From contig NC_086107.1 of assembly GCF_963921235.1 (NCBI RefSeq), positions 100,628,001-100,692,000 on the forward strand: a stretch of DNA of 64,000 bases, given 5' to 3'. Position 1 is the stretch's first letter. Every line of letters begins with the position of its first letter. Made by a program: the position numbers and the translations under genes. Of the stretch, positions 63,114 to 64,000 are shown one piece after another. This DNA comes from Mobula hypostoma. Its lineage: Eukaryota. The notes under the pieces were generated by a model. That model was not told the DNA's origin. It made no database searches and saw only the letters and a list, made by a program, of their open reading frames with translations.

Positions 63114-64000
63114 CCTTGAGAGATGTTTGGGACTGGATCAATAGCAGAAAACTGAATATATTGTAGATAAAGATTGTTCACTGCTGAATAGCATGTTTGA
63201 ATTGTACCCTTTCCTATAGTACTGTAATTATTGTTAAATGTTGTAAAAAAACCTGCTTTGAAATAGTTGAGACAAGACAAGCCCAGGAGCATGCTGGGAA
63301 GAAGGTGCATTTCTTGAAGGGATCATTGAGTTTAACGTTGATCTACCAGGGATCACTAATGCCAAATATGAACGCCAATGCTGGACCACCTTCTGCTAAA
63401 ACATAATTGTTTCCACGGGTATGCATCATTTTGTAAGTTGGTAATGCTAAATGTAAAAAAAAAACACACCTCCAATTCTGGAATAGAAGAAAACACTGGA
63501 AACATTTAACAGGTTATTCACCAACTAAAGAACAAAGTAAGAGGGTGCTGTGATGAAAGGTCACAGCTAAAGTGCCAAACCCACCTTTTGTTTCAGTTGA
63601 TGAGCAACCTGTTGTGGACTTGCAGTGTTTTGTATTTTATTTCATTATTTTATAGCACTGAAAATGCAGCTTCTCAATGGTTCCTGCTCATTCCTTGTGA
63701 TAAACGGCCTTCAAATGGGCTCTGTTCAGTTGTCTTGTGGACTTGTCCTCTGGTAAAGTGCCCATTGTGAAGGCATTTAGCTGAGGAACATAATATTCTG
63801 TGGAATTACTATTATCCATGACTGATTTTACTACTTCAAAATAATTCTAAAACCTGATTTGAGCAAGCTGAATCCTGTATAATTGCGTCTGTCTATCTTG
63901 CATTTACTTGTGAATCCTTGCCTCCTCCGGTCCTGTGCAACCTAACTAGAATGAAAACAGCAAATGATGGAAATTCTCAGCAGGTCAGGCAACATCTGTG

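Overview
Eukaryotic genomic DNA, most likely from a cartilaginous fish (elasmobranch; inferred from HE1/V-type and Deu-domain SINEs, CR1 LINE style and protein divergence). The window holds one intact tRNA-Arg(CCT) gene (750-822) and essentially the whole HMGXB4 (HMG2L1) gene on the + strand. HMGXB4 has a CpG-island promoter at about 5.25-5.76 kb, a probable non-coding exon 1, and 10 coding exons from 12149 to 63113 that join in frame with GT-AG introns into 1839 nt (612 aa). Most of the rest is nested transposon debris: Rex1/Babar and CR1 LINEs, a full-length antisense L1 inserted 18 nt after the exon-5 donor, a Tigger/pogo element, hAT elements, a solo LTR, Penelope remnants and SINEs. The most unusual signal is a dispersed family of short, often palindromic, TSD-flanked Penelope-derived elements carrying a minimal type-I hammerhead ribozyme motif (CAGUC-CUGANGA-stem II-GAAACGUC-GACUG), with several copies in sense orientation inside the HMGXB4 pre-mRNA. 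Repeat boundaries and family names come from reading the sequence and recall, not from database searches.
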